A stretch of DNA of 32,000 nt from Telmatocola sphagniphila (GTDB lineage Bacteria; Planctomycetota; Planctomycetia; Gemmatales; Gemmataceae). Below are positions 1 to 8,981 of the stretch, piece after piece (within the stretch, counting starts at the first letter, position 1; the number at the start of each line of letters is the position of its first letter). The stretch lies in the NCBI RefSeq assembly GCF_018398935.1, contig NZ_CP074694.1:1620001-1652000 (forward strand), given 5' to 3'. The position numbers and the translations under genes are program-made. The notes beneath the pieces were generated by a model. It was not told the origin of the DNA. It saw nothing but the letters and a program-made list of their open reading frames with translations, and made no database searches.

Positions 1-1782
1 CACTTCCGAGTAGATTAATTTGGAGGGTGAACTCTCTGCCAGAGTGTACCAGAGCATTTTGGGAATAAAAGGATCGTTGACATCTTCACTATGGCTGGCG
101 TATTTCTCGAGAATTTCCTTATCCAAATTTCCAGTCATTTTCAGAGCGGAAAGAATTTGCAGGCGAACGAAGGGAGATTTCTCTTCGAGGATGAGGCGTA
201 AGTATTCCTTGTCTTTGAGAACGGTAGAGTCGTTTTGAATGAGATACCGGAAGGTCCAGGCTCGGACGTCCTCCGACTTATGGGTGACATAAGCCTCTAG
301 TACGGGAGGGCGTCCCAGCACCCACATATAGCGCAAAAGAGCAATCTCTGGACGAATGAATTCTGGATCACTTGGAAGATTTGCAGTTTCATTTTTCGCG
401 AGCAGTTCTTGAGCTCGCCGAGTAAGAGCCTTTTCAATCTTTTCCCGTTCGGGGCTGAACAATCGCTCTTGGAGTAATCTCATGGCCTTTCGCGCGAGCC
501 ATTCGTTTTTATTCTGGAGCAAGCTAATTAAGTTTAGGGAATCTTCCTTCTGCAGATCTCCGACCCAGGGTTTCGGTTTGCCGTAAACCACCTTGTAAAT
601 TCGCCCATTCGTTTGGTCCACGACTTCGTAGTTGTGGCACTCGCCGGTGTCGCACCAGTCGAGAACATAAACGCCGCCATCTGGGCCGCACTTCAGCGCC
701 AATCCTCGGAACCATTCGTCGTTGGCGAACAGGAAATCGGGCTGACGTTCGCCTTTATAAGCGGATCCGCTTTTAGTCAGCTTGTCGCAGTTGATGCGAT
801 TGCCGTGAATATTGCAGGTGTAGAGCTTGCCGCGATATTCTTCCGGCCAGTTAGTCCCGAGGTAAACCATGGCTCCCGAGTGCGCGTGCCCTCCCCCCAT
901 GTCGGAATGTTCGCCTTTCCCGCCTCGGCTGGTGGTCCAATCGCCGCCCGCCCAGTGAATGTAATCGACAATGCTCGGCATTGGTTCGTAGACGTAGTCC
1001 ATCAAATCCTGGCCATACATGCGATCGTAGTGTCCACCTGGCAACACATGGAACAGATGCTTGATCACGCAGTTGGTAATGAACATCTGACCTTCGGCGT
1101 TCCAATCGAGCCCCCAGGGATTGGTCGTGCCCTGGGCGACAATTTCAAATTTGCCTTGAATGGGATGGTAGCGCCAGACGCCGCAGTTCATCTTGGTTCG
1201 ACCGGCGGGGAAAGAACTGGGGGGACCGACTTCCGAAGTTGCGAGAATGCCATTGCAACCGTATAGCCAGCCATCGGGACCCCAGATGAGATTGCTGACG
1301 ACATTGTGTTTGGCCTCGAGCGACCAACCCGTCAGCTTGACCACGGCTGGCCCGGCGGGTTTATCCTCTCCCGGTTTGATTGGAATGAAAATCAGATTCG
1401 GAGCCGAGAGGAGCCAGACACCGCCATAACCGATTTCGAGACCGGTCAGGTTGCTGCCGTTATCCAGAAATACGGTTCGTTTATCGAATTTCCCTTCCCC
1501 TTTGGTGTCTTCAAAGATGACGACTTTATCTTTACCCGTCCCATCCTTGGACCATCTCGGGTAAGACAAATTTTCGATCACCCATAGCCGACCTCGATCG
1601 TCGAAACACATCGCAATCGGCTGAACGATATCCGGTTCCCCGGCAAAGAGTGTGACGTGAAAGCCTTGAGGAACCTTCATCCGTTGTGCCGCTTCGGCAA
1701 GCGGGGCGGGCTTCGATGGCGCTTGACCATAAAGTGCAGTTGAGAAAAAGAGAACAACCAGGAGAGTGATGTTTTTTTTCAT
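1..1782 (-). CDS. PVC-type membrane-bound dehydrogenase-like domain protein (beta-propeller, glucose/sorbosone-dehydrogenase-like) with HEAT-like repeats. It is partial: the C-terminus lies beyond the left edge.
   Basis: Absent from the ORF track because it is edge-truncated. Hand translation of the minus strand from the ATG at 1782..1780 stays open for 594 codons to position 1. The N-terminus MKKNITLLVVLFFSTALYGQAP looks like a Sec signal. It is followed by MKVPQGFHVTLFAGEPDIVQPIAMCFDDRGRLWVIE, which is typical of the Planctomycetes/Verrucomicrobia putative membrane-bound dehydrogenase domain (TIGR02604-like, recalled from memory). The later part (RKAMRLLQERL, SEDVRAWTFRYLIQ, SPFVRLQILSAL) looks like HEAT repeats. 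No other listed minus-strand ORF occupies this frame. Confidence 0.75.
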   Translation of the reverse strand, partial: MKKNITLLVVLFFSTALYGQAPSKPAPLAEAAQRMKVPQGFHVTLFAGEPDIVQPIAMCFDDRGRLWVIENLSYPRWSKDGTGKDKVVIFEDTKGEGKFDKRTVFLDNGSNLTGLEIGYGGVWLLSAPNLIFIPIKPGEDKPAGPAVVKLTGWSLEAKHNVVSNLIWGPDGWLYGCNGILATSEVGPPSSFPAGRTKMNCGVWRYHPIQGKFEIVAQGTTNPWGLDWNAEGQMFITNCVIKHLFHVLPGGHYDRMYGQDLMDYVYEPMPSIVDYIHWAGGDWTTSRGGKGEHSDMGGGHAHSGAMVYLGTNWPEEYRGKLYTCNIHGNRINCDKLTKSGSAYKGERQPDFLFANDEWFRGLALKCGPDGGVYVLDWCDTGECHNYEVVDQTNGRIYKVVYGKPKPWVGDLQKEDSLNLISLLQNKNEWLARKAMRLLQERLFSPEREKIEKALTRRAQELLAKNETANLPSDPEFIRPEIALLRYMWVLGRPPVLEAYVTHKSEDVRAWTFRYLIQNDSTVLKDKEYLRLILEEKSPFVRLQILSALKMTGNLDKEILEKYASHSEDVNDPFIPKMLWYTLAESSPSKLIYSEV

Positions 1783-1905
1783 AGGGCCGCATGATAACCG
1801 AAAACGCGTCTGGAGAAAAGAGTCTACGGTCCCGGCCTCGCAAAAAAAAGATGGGGACTATTTCCGGGAGTCGATTGGACGAAAATCGATCCGAGCAGTT
1901 TCAGT

Positions 1906-3153
1906 TCAGGCCGCCAGGCGAGGGAGTGTCTCCAGAGTTCCGAAAATGGGCTGAGTTTGCCGTTTCTGACTGAAAAACTGCACCATCAGCCCGAAGGTGA
2001 AGATCAAACCGGCCATCGGTTGCACGGCCGCGAGTCTCAGAGCGCTGAAAAGCGGCCCGTAGGCTCCACTGATCTGCAGCCCGAGCAGCATGCCGAAGGC
2101 GAGAATAAAACACCCCTTAGCCAGCCAATTTACCGGCTCAACTCGAGTGGAAATAATTCCCCAAGCCACGCAGGGCATAAGAATCAGATAAGTGGGCGAT
2201 TCCGTGGCAGGGCCAAAAACTGTCATCCAGACGCTGGCGAATCCGAGAGCCAGACAGCATAAGCGAATCGGATCGACCCCGCGAATGCGGCCGCCCATCA
2301 CGATCAAACCCATCAGGCCTCCAACCGCCACTTCGATAAGTCGGTAAGCTTCTTGAGATATCGGCCTAATCCAGACATTAACCAGCATTTGAAAATCGAC
2401 ATTCGCACTTTCCACTCCCCATTTCGAACGATCCTCCGACACGGCGTACTTCGCCCAGAGCTGATATTGATGGAGGACATAATCAAAATTTTGCAGAACG
2501 AATGGTGCGGCTGCTCCCAGAGCCATGGCCAGAGCAAACCGGAGCCCCAACTGCCTCGGGTGAATTGCGATTAATAACAAGGCCGCCGCAATGGGATAGA
2601 GCTTCAGTAACGTAGCCACGGTTAAACAGAAAGCACTCAGATTCCAGCGTTGCCGACTCGAAGCTCCGAACGCGATCAGAACCAGACCTATAACCAGCGC
2701 GTTACACTGGCCATTGCTCAGATGAGGTAATGCGGTCGGAAACATGATCGCCATCATGGCGAAGCAGACGGCTCGAGTGATCGGAGAGCGAGAAATGCTT
2801 TGAAGGACGTAAAGCATACCGAAAATCAGCACACCTGCATTTATGAATCGCCAAATCGCATCGCCAACTTTGGAAGGAAGAATCGAGAAGGGGGCAAAGC
2901 TGGCCGCCACAATTGGACTATATCGGTAAAGGGCGTAACTGGGCCCTTTGACCTCTTCCGGATAGAGATTCACACCCTCCACCCAGTTTATACCGGCATC
3001 GCGGTAGATCGGAAACAACGTCCGGCTACCGGGTTTAAGCACTGCAAGACGAACGATTATAACGCTCAGGCCCAGCACCCAAAGGAAGATCACCAGCCGT
3101 TCGAAGCGAGTCCTGCCGATAAAGAGCGCACGAATCCCTTCCAAATTAGTCAT
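1906..3153 (-). CDS. Polytopic membrane protein, probably a GT-C type glycosyltransferase (DUF2029 / GT87-like)
   Basis: 415-aa ORF with many hydrophobic segments. The N-terminal part (YRDAGINWVEGVNLY, ALYRYSPIVAASFAPFSILP) resembles the DUF2029/GT87 loop-1 region. The family call is from memory and was not searched. Confidence 0.5.
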   Translation of the reverse strand: MTNLEGIRALFIGRTRFERLVIFLWVLGLSVIIVRLAVLKPGSRTLFPIYRDAGINWVEGVNLYPEEVKGPSYALYRYSPIVAASFAPFSILPSKVGDAIWRFINAGVLIFGMLYVLQSISRSPITRAVCFAMMAIMFPTALPHLSNGQCNALVIGLVLIAFGASSRQRWNLSAFCLTVATLLKLYPIAAALLLIAIHPRQLGLRFALAMALGAAAPFVLQNFDYVLHQYQLWAKYAVSEDRSKWGVESANVDFQMLVNVWIRPISQEAYRLIEVAVGGLMGLIVMGGRIRGVDPIRLCCLALGFASVWMTVFGPATESPTYLILMPCVAWGIISTRVEPVNWLAKGCFILAFGMLLGLQISGAYGPLFSALRLAAVQPMAGLIFTFGLMVQFFSQKRQTQPIFGTLETLPRLAA

Positions 3154-3341
3154 CCTTTTCTATCGGTAATAACCTACCTATACATAAATAGTAGTGAGAA
3201 TATCGGTCATCCACTGAGGAAGGGAATGATGAAAAATTTTGCTGAAGTGAACGAATTCACCTGAAATGGAATCAATTTGGGGATAGTTCCCGTCCTGACG
3301 GTTTCACCATCCCCAGCTTTACAAAGACGCACTAGAACCAT

Positions 3342-5111
3342 TTAAGGTCCGGCGTAGACCCGGATGTAATCGATGTACATATCCGCCAAACCGTTATAAC
3401 GCGACAGATCGACCGGCCAGCCGCCGCCGGTAGCCAGATTCACCATGAAAAAGAGCGGTTCCTTCTTCGAGAGCGGCAAGGTAGCGTGCCGTCCCAGTTC
3501 GATGTTATCGCAGTAGTAAATTGTTTCGGTTTCGGTGACTTTGCAGCCGTAAACGTGGAAGCTCTCGTACCAGGTGGAAGGAATGCCGAACTTGTGCATT
3601 CTCGCGGGATTTTTTAACGTTTTCTCGGCCTTGGTTTCCAGACTTTTGCCCGCTTCTCCCTGATTCCAGCAGTGCGGTGTGATCATAAAGGCGTCCTTGG
3701 CATTCGGCGAGCCCGGTCCTTCCCCTCCGTACGCTTCGATGATGTCCAGTTCGTCGCACGGCGTTTTATCTTTCAGTTTATCGTAGCCCGTCATGTAATC
3801 GGTCATCAGCCAAAAACCGGGCCAGGTGCCGATGGAATTGGGCCCCAGAAATCGACATTCGAAGTAGCAGGGAGCTTTCACTTTGATGCCGCTGCCATCG
3901 TTTTTCAGGGAGGAAATCAATCCCGAACTTTTAGTCTTATCGCTGGCACGAATTCGCAGATAAGTATCCACCTGATGAAATGGGTTCTTATTGGATTCGA
4001 AATCGGAGAAGACATGCTGGCTAAAGTCCTGCCAGCCGTGCGGTGGCTTGTGGGAGTAGTAGGTGGCCTGGGGATCTTTGCTGGAAATCGACAGCGGGCC
4101 AGTGAAATCGTCTGCGAAAATCAGCTTCATATCCTTGGCCGCGGGAGGGGCTTCCTTGGGAATTCCTTCGTTCCAGGAAATTCCCCCCCGATTGTAAAGT
4201 TGCAGATAGCAGTTGTCCTGGGCATATTTATTCTGGCCACTGATGCGGAGAGTGAGCGGGCCATGCGGGAATTGATCCGCTGTGAATTCGAAAGACCCCT
4301 GTTTTTGGTTGTCGAGTTCGATCGTCGCAACCGTTGCATCGGTGCCGAATCTACTCCCTTGCTTCCAGCATTTGGCGGTGAGTTGAGAGAAGCTGGGTCC
4401 GGTGACTTTTACCCGCACGGTCCCGCGAATTTCGGAGCAGTACTCGGGAGAAAGAACGGAGATTTTTCCGCCCAATGTTTCATCGCGGGTGCCTTCGGAA
4501 TCCACGGTTAAAGAATCGAAATAGAGATCGCCTGACGCCGCTTTGCCCTTTCCGTTCTCTTCCGGCTGACCGATGATAATCACGAACGAAGTCAGCGGAT
4601 AATCCATTTTGCCGTTGTTGTCGCCGCCCCAGGTTTCGTGCTTTTTATCGAGATCGAATTCGACGAGTTTCCAGCCCTGAAAATCGATCACCCCGCCCTG
4701 CCCCGCCGCCTTACCAAACTGATGAGTTTCGCCATGCGCATCCGCCACTTGAAGTGCGTAACCACACTTCGAATTATCACCGAAAATCCAATACTTGACC
4801 TTGTGAATCGGTGCATTAACTCGAATGGGGTTCGGAATGCCTAAATACTCGATTCCCCCTTTGTCCAGAAACCGATAACTCAGTTTCAGGCACTGCTTCC
4901 CCTCTTTGGGATGATCCGCAGAAAGTGAGACTTTGGCATTCTCTTCCGGAATGTTTACCACCCACGCTTTTGGGGCGGGAGCTTTTTCAAAGTCCTGGAG
5001 GACAATCGGATGGTACAGGCCCGGCGGTTGGGCGAAGCTTTTCGGGGCGCCGAACAAGAACAGGCCTAGTGCAAGGAACCCGCCAGTTGCACTTAAAAAA
5101 TACCATTTCAT
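3342..5111 (-). CDS. Secreted multidomain glycoside hydrolase family 16 (beta-glucanase/laminarinase-like) with N-terminal beta-sandwich (CBM-like) and Ig-like regions
   Basis: 589-aa ORF with a signal-like N-terminus ending in FAQPP. The GH16 catalytic signature E-L-D-I-I-E (aa 454-459, nt 3735..3752) is preceded by TWPGFWLM and followed by a GGGWP segment, as in GH16 jelly-roll enzymes. The start ATG overlaps the upstream gene's stop as ATGA (5108..5111). Confidence 0.75.
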   Translation of the reverse strand: MKWYFLSATGGFLALGLFLFGAPKSFAQPPGLYHPIVLQDFEKAPAPKAWVVNIPEENAKVSLSADHPKEGKQCLKLSYRFLDKGGIEYLGIPNPIRVNAPIHKVKYWIFGDNSKCGYALQVADAHGETHQFGKAAGQGGVIDFQGWKLVEFDLDKKHETWGGDNNGKMDYPLTSFVIIIGQPEENGKGKAASGDLYFDSLTVDSEGTRDETLGGKISVLSPEYCSEIRGTVRVKVTGPSFSQLTAKCWKQGSRFGTDATVATIELDNQKQGSFEFTADQFPHGPLTLRISGQNKYAQDNCYLQLYNRGGISWNEGIPKEAPPAAKDMKLIFADDFTGPLSISSKDPQATYYSHKPPHGWQDFSQHVFSDFESNKNPFHQVDTYLRIRASDKTKSSGLISSLKNDGSGIKVKAPCYFECRFLGPNSIGTWPGFWLMTDYMTGYDKLKDKTPCDELDIIEAYGGEGPGSPNAKDAFMITPHCWNQGEAGKSLETKAEKTLKNPARMHKFGIPSTWYESFHVYGCKVTETETIYYCDNIELGRHATLPLSKKEPLFFMVNLATGGGWPVDLSRYNGLADMYIDYIRVYAGP

Positions 5112-6400
5112 TTCCAGAAGTCCTGTAGTGGATCCTTGGTCTCAATTCCCAGAGGAAATTGCTTACTGAAGGCATGATCCTGAATGCCTGCATGTTCCCG
5201 CAGTGCCAGGTGTATGTGTTCCGGGCGAACGCGAATTCCTTTTACTTTGTCGAGCGACAACGTCTTCGGGTTGACTGGCACCAATTGCAACTTCTCATCG
5301 GTAGCACCGATTACTCGGTTCCCGGCGATGCCCTGGCCCAGGAACATGATAGAGCCAATAGACCAGTGATCTTTCCCGTTGCTGTTGTTGTAGTTCGGCG
5401 TGCGACCCATTTCACTTTGGATGATCACGACGAGTTTCTCCCGAATTTTGAGCTCTTCGGCTTTTTTCAGCAAGTATTGAATTCCACCCAGAAACTCAGG
5501 AATTAGCTTCATCTGGTCGGGGTCATTGTTGACGTGACTGTCGAATTGGCCGATCGAAAGATTGGCGGAAACGCATACTCCCGCCTTGAAACCGGCGAGC
5601 GCTATGTCGGCTTGCTGAGCCAGACGTTCTTTGGCCATTTCCTTGGGAATGTACGGAATCACTCGCTGCAAGGCTTTGGAATTGACTTGAGCGGAATAAA
5701 GCATGCTTTGCGATCGTTCAACCCGAGGTAACCGCTGGTCGGAAACTCGCGATTGAAACTGCTGTTCGAGAGCTTTCTCGATGCGATCCTGCGCGAAGGC
5801 ATCGTGATAGGGACTGGCGAGGTTTCCTTCGACGGAATCGGCCTTGGAGAGGATGTTCAAGGATTGCAGATATGGCACGCGCGACATCGGAACCAGATTG
5901 CCGGTGGCCGAGTAATTTCCAAAAGTCAGAAACGCAATCGGGAGATTTCCCCCTTTGCAGGCAGCGACCAGAGCGGCGAAAGTGGGATAGGCCAGGCTAT
6001 CGAGCTTGCCGGTGGCCATGTAGCGTTCGCAGGGCGAATGGTTATTGACCGAGTAATCGAGGCCGTTGAGGACTCTTAATTCCGAGCCATATTTTTTGAA
6101 GAATTCTTCGTTGCTGATACCCTGTTTGACTTGCTTCGCGTTCGGGGCAAAGCGATGGTTCCCGACGGTGACGATCTCTCCGGTCTTGTAGAGTCGGTTG
6201 ACCCCTTCCACGCCCTTCGGATCCATCAGATAAGTCGTGTCCCAGCCTCCGGAGGCATTGAACACGACGTAGTAGGGACCCCCATAGCCCGGATCTTCCG
6301 GAGAATTCGCTTTCAATTTCGAGCGAAAATCCCAGCCAATCGGCGCAGCGAATCCCAGCCCGGCCATTCCGCACAACTTCAAGAAATTTCGGCGTGACAT
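5108..6400 (-). CDS. DUF1501 domain protein (sulfatase-fold-like) with a twin-arginine signal
   Basis: 430-aa ORF. The N-terminus MSRRNFLKLCGMAGLGFAAP matches the Tat consensus S-R-R-x-F-L-K. SGGWDTTYLMDPKG and NGKDHWSIGSIMFLGQGIAGNRVIGATD resemble the DUF1501 motifs GGxSxxDxxDPK and GRDHW...GGG..G...G.TD. It lies 12 nt downstream of the PSCyt-like gene. Confidence 0.8.
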   Translation of the reverse strand: MSRRNFLKLCGMAGLGFAAPIGWDFRSKLKANSPEDPGYGGPYYVVFNASGGWDTTYLMDPKGVEGVNRLYKTGEIVTVGNHRFAPNAKQVKQGISNEEFFKKYGSELRVLNGLDYSVNNHSPCERYMATGKLDSLAYPTFAALVAACKGGNLPIAFLTFGNYSATGNLVPMSRVPYLQSLNILSKADSVEGNLASPYHDAFAQDRIEKALEQQFQSRVSDQRLPRVERSQSMLYSAQVNSKALQRVIPYIPKEMAKERLAQQADIALAGFKAGVCVSANLSIGQFDSHVNNDPDQMKLIPEFLGGIQYLLKKAEELKIREKLVVIIQSEMGRTPNYNNSNGKDHWSIGSIMFLGQGIAGNRVIGATDEKLQLVPVNPKTLSLDKVKGIRVRPEHIHLALREHAGIQDHAFSKQFPLGIETKDPLQDFWK

Positions 6401-6412
6401 TGCTCTTCTCGC

Positions 6413-8779
6413 TTATTCGTACAAAAAGTCGTGCTGGCGAAGCAGATAGGTAACTACGGCACGCCACGCCCGGATGGTATAGTTCGGATCGTCAACGTGG
6501 AAGTCTTCCCGTCCTCCGCAAAAATAGGTTTCGCGCGGCGCCACATATTTTTGCGCTTTCGAATCGATCAGAATCCCCTGGAACAGTGCGAACATCCGAT
6601 CGATCTCCGGATGATTCGGAGCGAAATCCCTTCCTAACAGTTTCTGGCAGAGAAAGACCATCTCCGCCCGGATTTTCTGATCGTTCTCTGGCTTGCCTGG
6701 CACTACAGTATGCTCGATTTTCGCGAAGAGAATTCGCTTCTCGGCCGGGAGATGAAAATCCCGGCCCACATTGGCACAGGAGATATCATTTGCCATCAGC
6801 CGTTGAATAGATCCCATGGCCCCACTCGGATCGCCGTTACGTTCGGTGACGCTGAGAGAGTTGATGCCCCCATAAAGGATCTTGAAATCGCCATCGAGTC
6901 GGCCCCAGGATTTCCCGAAGATGGCTTTGAGTTTGCGATCGAGTTGCTCCGGCGAAAGCAGTCGGACAACCCCCGAATCGTCGAGTTCCGCCCGTCGGGC
7001 CGGGTCGGCGCTCGCAACCGAAGCGCCGTCCACGCGATAGAATTCGTTCAAAATAATGGCTTTGAAAGCCACCTTCAGGTTGAACTGAGAGGCTTTGAAC
7101 TGGGCGGCGATTTCCTGAATTATTTGTCGCTGAGCGCGATAGGCTCGCCGATGGGAGGCAAACATTGGATCGTCAATATCTTCCGGGGCCTGCAAAACCT
7201 TGCGGCCGAACATTATGAAATAAACGTGTTCGATCATCGCTATCGGAAAACGCGGATCCTGAACGACTCTTTGCGCCAGCCATTGAATCGATCGCCAGCG
7301 CTGATCCTTGGGAAGATCTTCTCCCTCGAATCCGGATGCAAACATATCCTTGTACCAGCCGTCTTTGCGTGGCCCCAAGCTGCCTTCGTTGTTGAAGTCC
7401 TGGAAGATTCCGGCGACCGGATCGATAGTCTTGTGACAGACAACGCACTCCGCCGCCTGCATGGTCGGAATTTTGTATTTGACCGAAATGGCTGCCGCAT
7501 CGCCAACCCGGGGGGCCAGTTGCATGATGTCCACACCCAGAAAATGCTGATAAACCATTCGGGCGCGGAGCCGATTTCGATTCGTTTCCGTGGTGGGATA
7601 GCGGCGTAAATAATGGAACATGCTAAGCAGACCGGCGTGCGGATAGAGGCCCGTCGGCGATTCCTGAACTTTACCCGAGCGGTCTTTGAGAGCGCTTAAT
7701 TTCGCCGGAATGTATTCAAAGGGATCATCGGGGTTCTTGAACTCAGTTTTGATCTTCTCGAAGATCCCATAGCCACGGGCCGTATAGGGCGAAACCATAA
7801 TGTAATCCGCGGTTGCCAGTTCGGAAAAGGGCCGTTCGTTTCGGACAATATAAGAGATCAGTTCCAGCGGTTCTTGCAACAGTGCCTTTCGGTAGACATC
7901 GAACATGGCCCAACCGGCTTTCTGCCGATCTTTTTCGGGCAGTTTGCTGAAGTCGTACTTGTCCGGCCAACCGCGCGTTTTCTCGAAGTGTTCATAGGAT
8001 AGTAAAGTTTCCGCGTTATCCTCAATACCAATCGTCAGAAAGATATCGTTGAAGCCTTCTTTCAACCGTTCGTAAAACGCATTTTCCTTCATGATTCGCG
8101 TGAGCAGGAAATCCAGGCTGGCCATCCCCCCTTTTTCCGCTTCCGCGATTTCTGCATCCGTAGGTAATCGACCGGCCAGTGAAAGCGTTACTCTCCGAAG
8201 CAATCTGGGAGGGGATAGCAGGGAAATACCTTCGAAGAAGGGGGGCAAAGGCTTGTTCAAGGCCTTTTTATCGAAGGTTTTGCTTCCCGTGCCGACTCGA
8301 GACACAAACTCCTGGAGAATCTGATAAGCCGTCGAATCGGGTTTGACGACCCGTCCGCCGCCATGGTCCAAGCCGCCGGTCGCTTTGAGGAGAATCCGCG
8401 ATGGGTCGCCTTTCTGAGAGCGGGCGATTTCCGCCAGGGCTTCATAGTTATTCGCAAGATCCGACTGGGCTTTTTCAAAATTGTTGCTCAGCGGGGAGAG
8501 CAGTAAATCGGATGCCGCGGCGTCGCCTCCCGTTTGATGGCACTTCAAACAAGTGCGCTCCGCGACTTTGGCCCAGACGTCTTCCTCGAAGAGTTTTTCG
8601 AGCGACTTTTTAGCTAACGACTTTTCGGCCTTCGCTGGCGTGGCTGGTCCGGTGGAGAATGCATGGGAGGCGAGAATAACCAAAAGCATTAATGGGATGA
8701 GAATCAGGTATGCCGTTCTGAACCGATTCGAAGCTTTTTGGGAAGTGCTTCGCCCAGGAAATAAAAAAGGAGAGTTCAT
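6413..8779 (-). CDS. Planctomycete cytochrome-c-motif protein (PSCyt / DUF1549 / DUF1553-like), the usual partner of DUF1501
   Basis: 788-aa ORF with an N-terminal hydrophobic anchor or signal (AYLILIPLMLLVILASHAFS). It has two CxxCH motifs: CLKCH at aa 77-81 and CVVCHKTIDP later. LLRRVTLSLAGRLPTDAEI resembles the DUF1549 RR..LDL.G..PT..E motif. The exact Pfam assignment (DUF1549/1553 versus DUF1588-type) cannot be settled without an HMM search. Confidence 0.7.
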   Translation of the reverse strand: MNSPFLFPGRSTSQKASNRFRTAYLILIPLMLLVILASHAFSTGPATPAKAEKSLAKKSLEKLFEEDVWAKVAERTCLKCHQTGGDAAASDLLLSPLSNNFEKAQSDLANNYEALAEIARSQKGDPSRILLKATGGLDHGGGRVVKPDSTAYQILQEFVSRVGTGSKTFDKKALNKPLPPFFEGISLLSPPRLLRRVTLSLAGRLPTDAEIAEAEKGGMASLDFLLTRIMKENAFYERLKEGFNDIFLTIGIEDNAETLLSYEHFEKTRGWPDKYDFSKLPEKDRQKAGWAMFDVYRKALLQEPLELISYIVRNERPFSELATADYIMVSPYTARGYGIFEKIKTEFKNPDDPFEYIPAKLSALKDRSGKVQESPTGLYPHAGLLSMFHYLRRYPTTETNRNRLRARMVYQHFLGVDIMQLAPRVGDAAAISVKYKIPTMQAAECVVCHKTIDPVAGIFQDFNNEGSLGPRKDGWYKDMFASGFEGEDLPKDQRWRSIQWLAQRVVQDPRFPIAMIEHVYFIMFGRKVLQAPEDIDDPMFASHRRAYRAQRQIIQEIAAQFKASQFNLKVAFKAIILNEFYRVDGASVASADPARRAELDDSGVVRLLSPEQLDRKLKAIFGKSWGRLDGDFKILYGGINSLSVTERNGDPSGAMGSIQRLMANDISCANVGRDFHLPAEKRILFAKIEHTVVPGKPENDQKIRAEMVFLCQKLLGRDFAPNHPEIDRMFALFQGILIDSKAQKYVAPRETYFCGGREDFHVDDPNYTIRAWRAVVTYLLRQHDFLYE

Positions 8780-8981
8780 GCATCAACTCTAAAAAGATTT
8801 CGGCGGGTGCAATGTGCGTAGTATAGCAGATAACAAATGGCTTAAATATAGCATTTTGAACTAAGAAGTTTCCATTCGGTCGTTGGAATGTCGCTATGAG
8901 AACCAGGGGCTTCGAACCCAGATCGCGGCCTTTGGCCTCTGAATAGCGCCGCTTGGACATTGAATAAATTGAGGGCTTGTT

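Noticed and set aside
1771-1850. Two 8-nt homopolymer tracts: A8 immediately after the dehydrogenase-like gene's ATG (plus-strand T8 at 1772..1779) and A8 at 1842..1849 upstream. These could be slipped-strand phase-variation sites.
   Set aside because: ATG-AAA-AAA-AAC simply encodes the Lys-rich n-region of a signal peptide. Eight-nucleotide tracts are short for phase variation, and there is no evidence of length polymorphism from a single sequence.
6710-7609. 299-aa plus-strand ORF inside the PSCyt-like gene, with similar cases at 3672..4511, 613..1266, 14148..14756, 12571..13071 and 17686..18144
   Set aside because: Each lies antisense to a gene with strong family motifs. None has a signal, TM or motif content of its own. 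I regard them as non-coding frames.
8906-8919. tRNA T-loop-like sequence (minus strand GGGTTCGAAGCCCC) next to a GGCC-AAA-GGCC hairpin
   Set aside because: I tried to build a cloverleaf. Only 3 bp of a T-stem pair, there is no matching acceptor stem, and no 7-nt anticodon loop. It is not a tRNA. At most it could be a degraded fragment, which I cannot show.
8610-8960. 116-aa minus-strand ORF spanning the divergent intergenic region and the 5' end of the PSCyt-like gene
   Set aside because: It overlaps the real gene's start in another frame and runs through AT-rich promoter DNA. There is no RBS or motif support.
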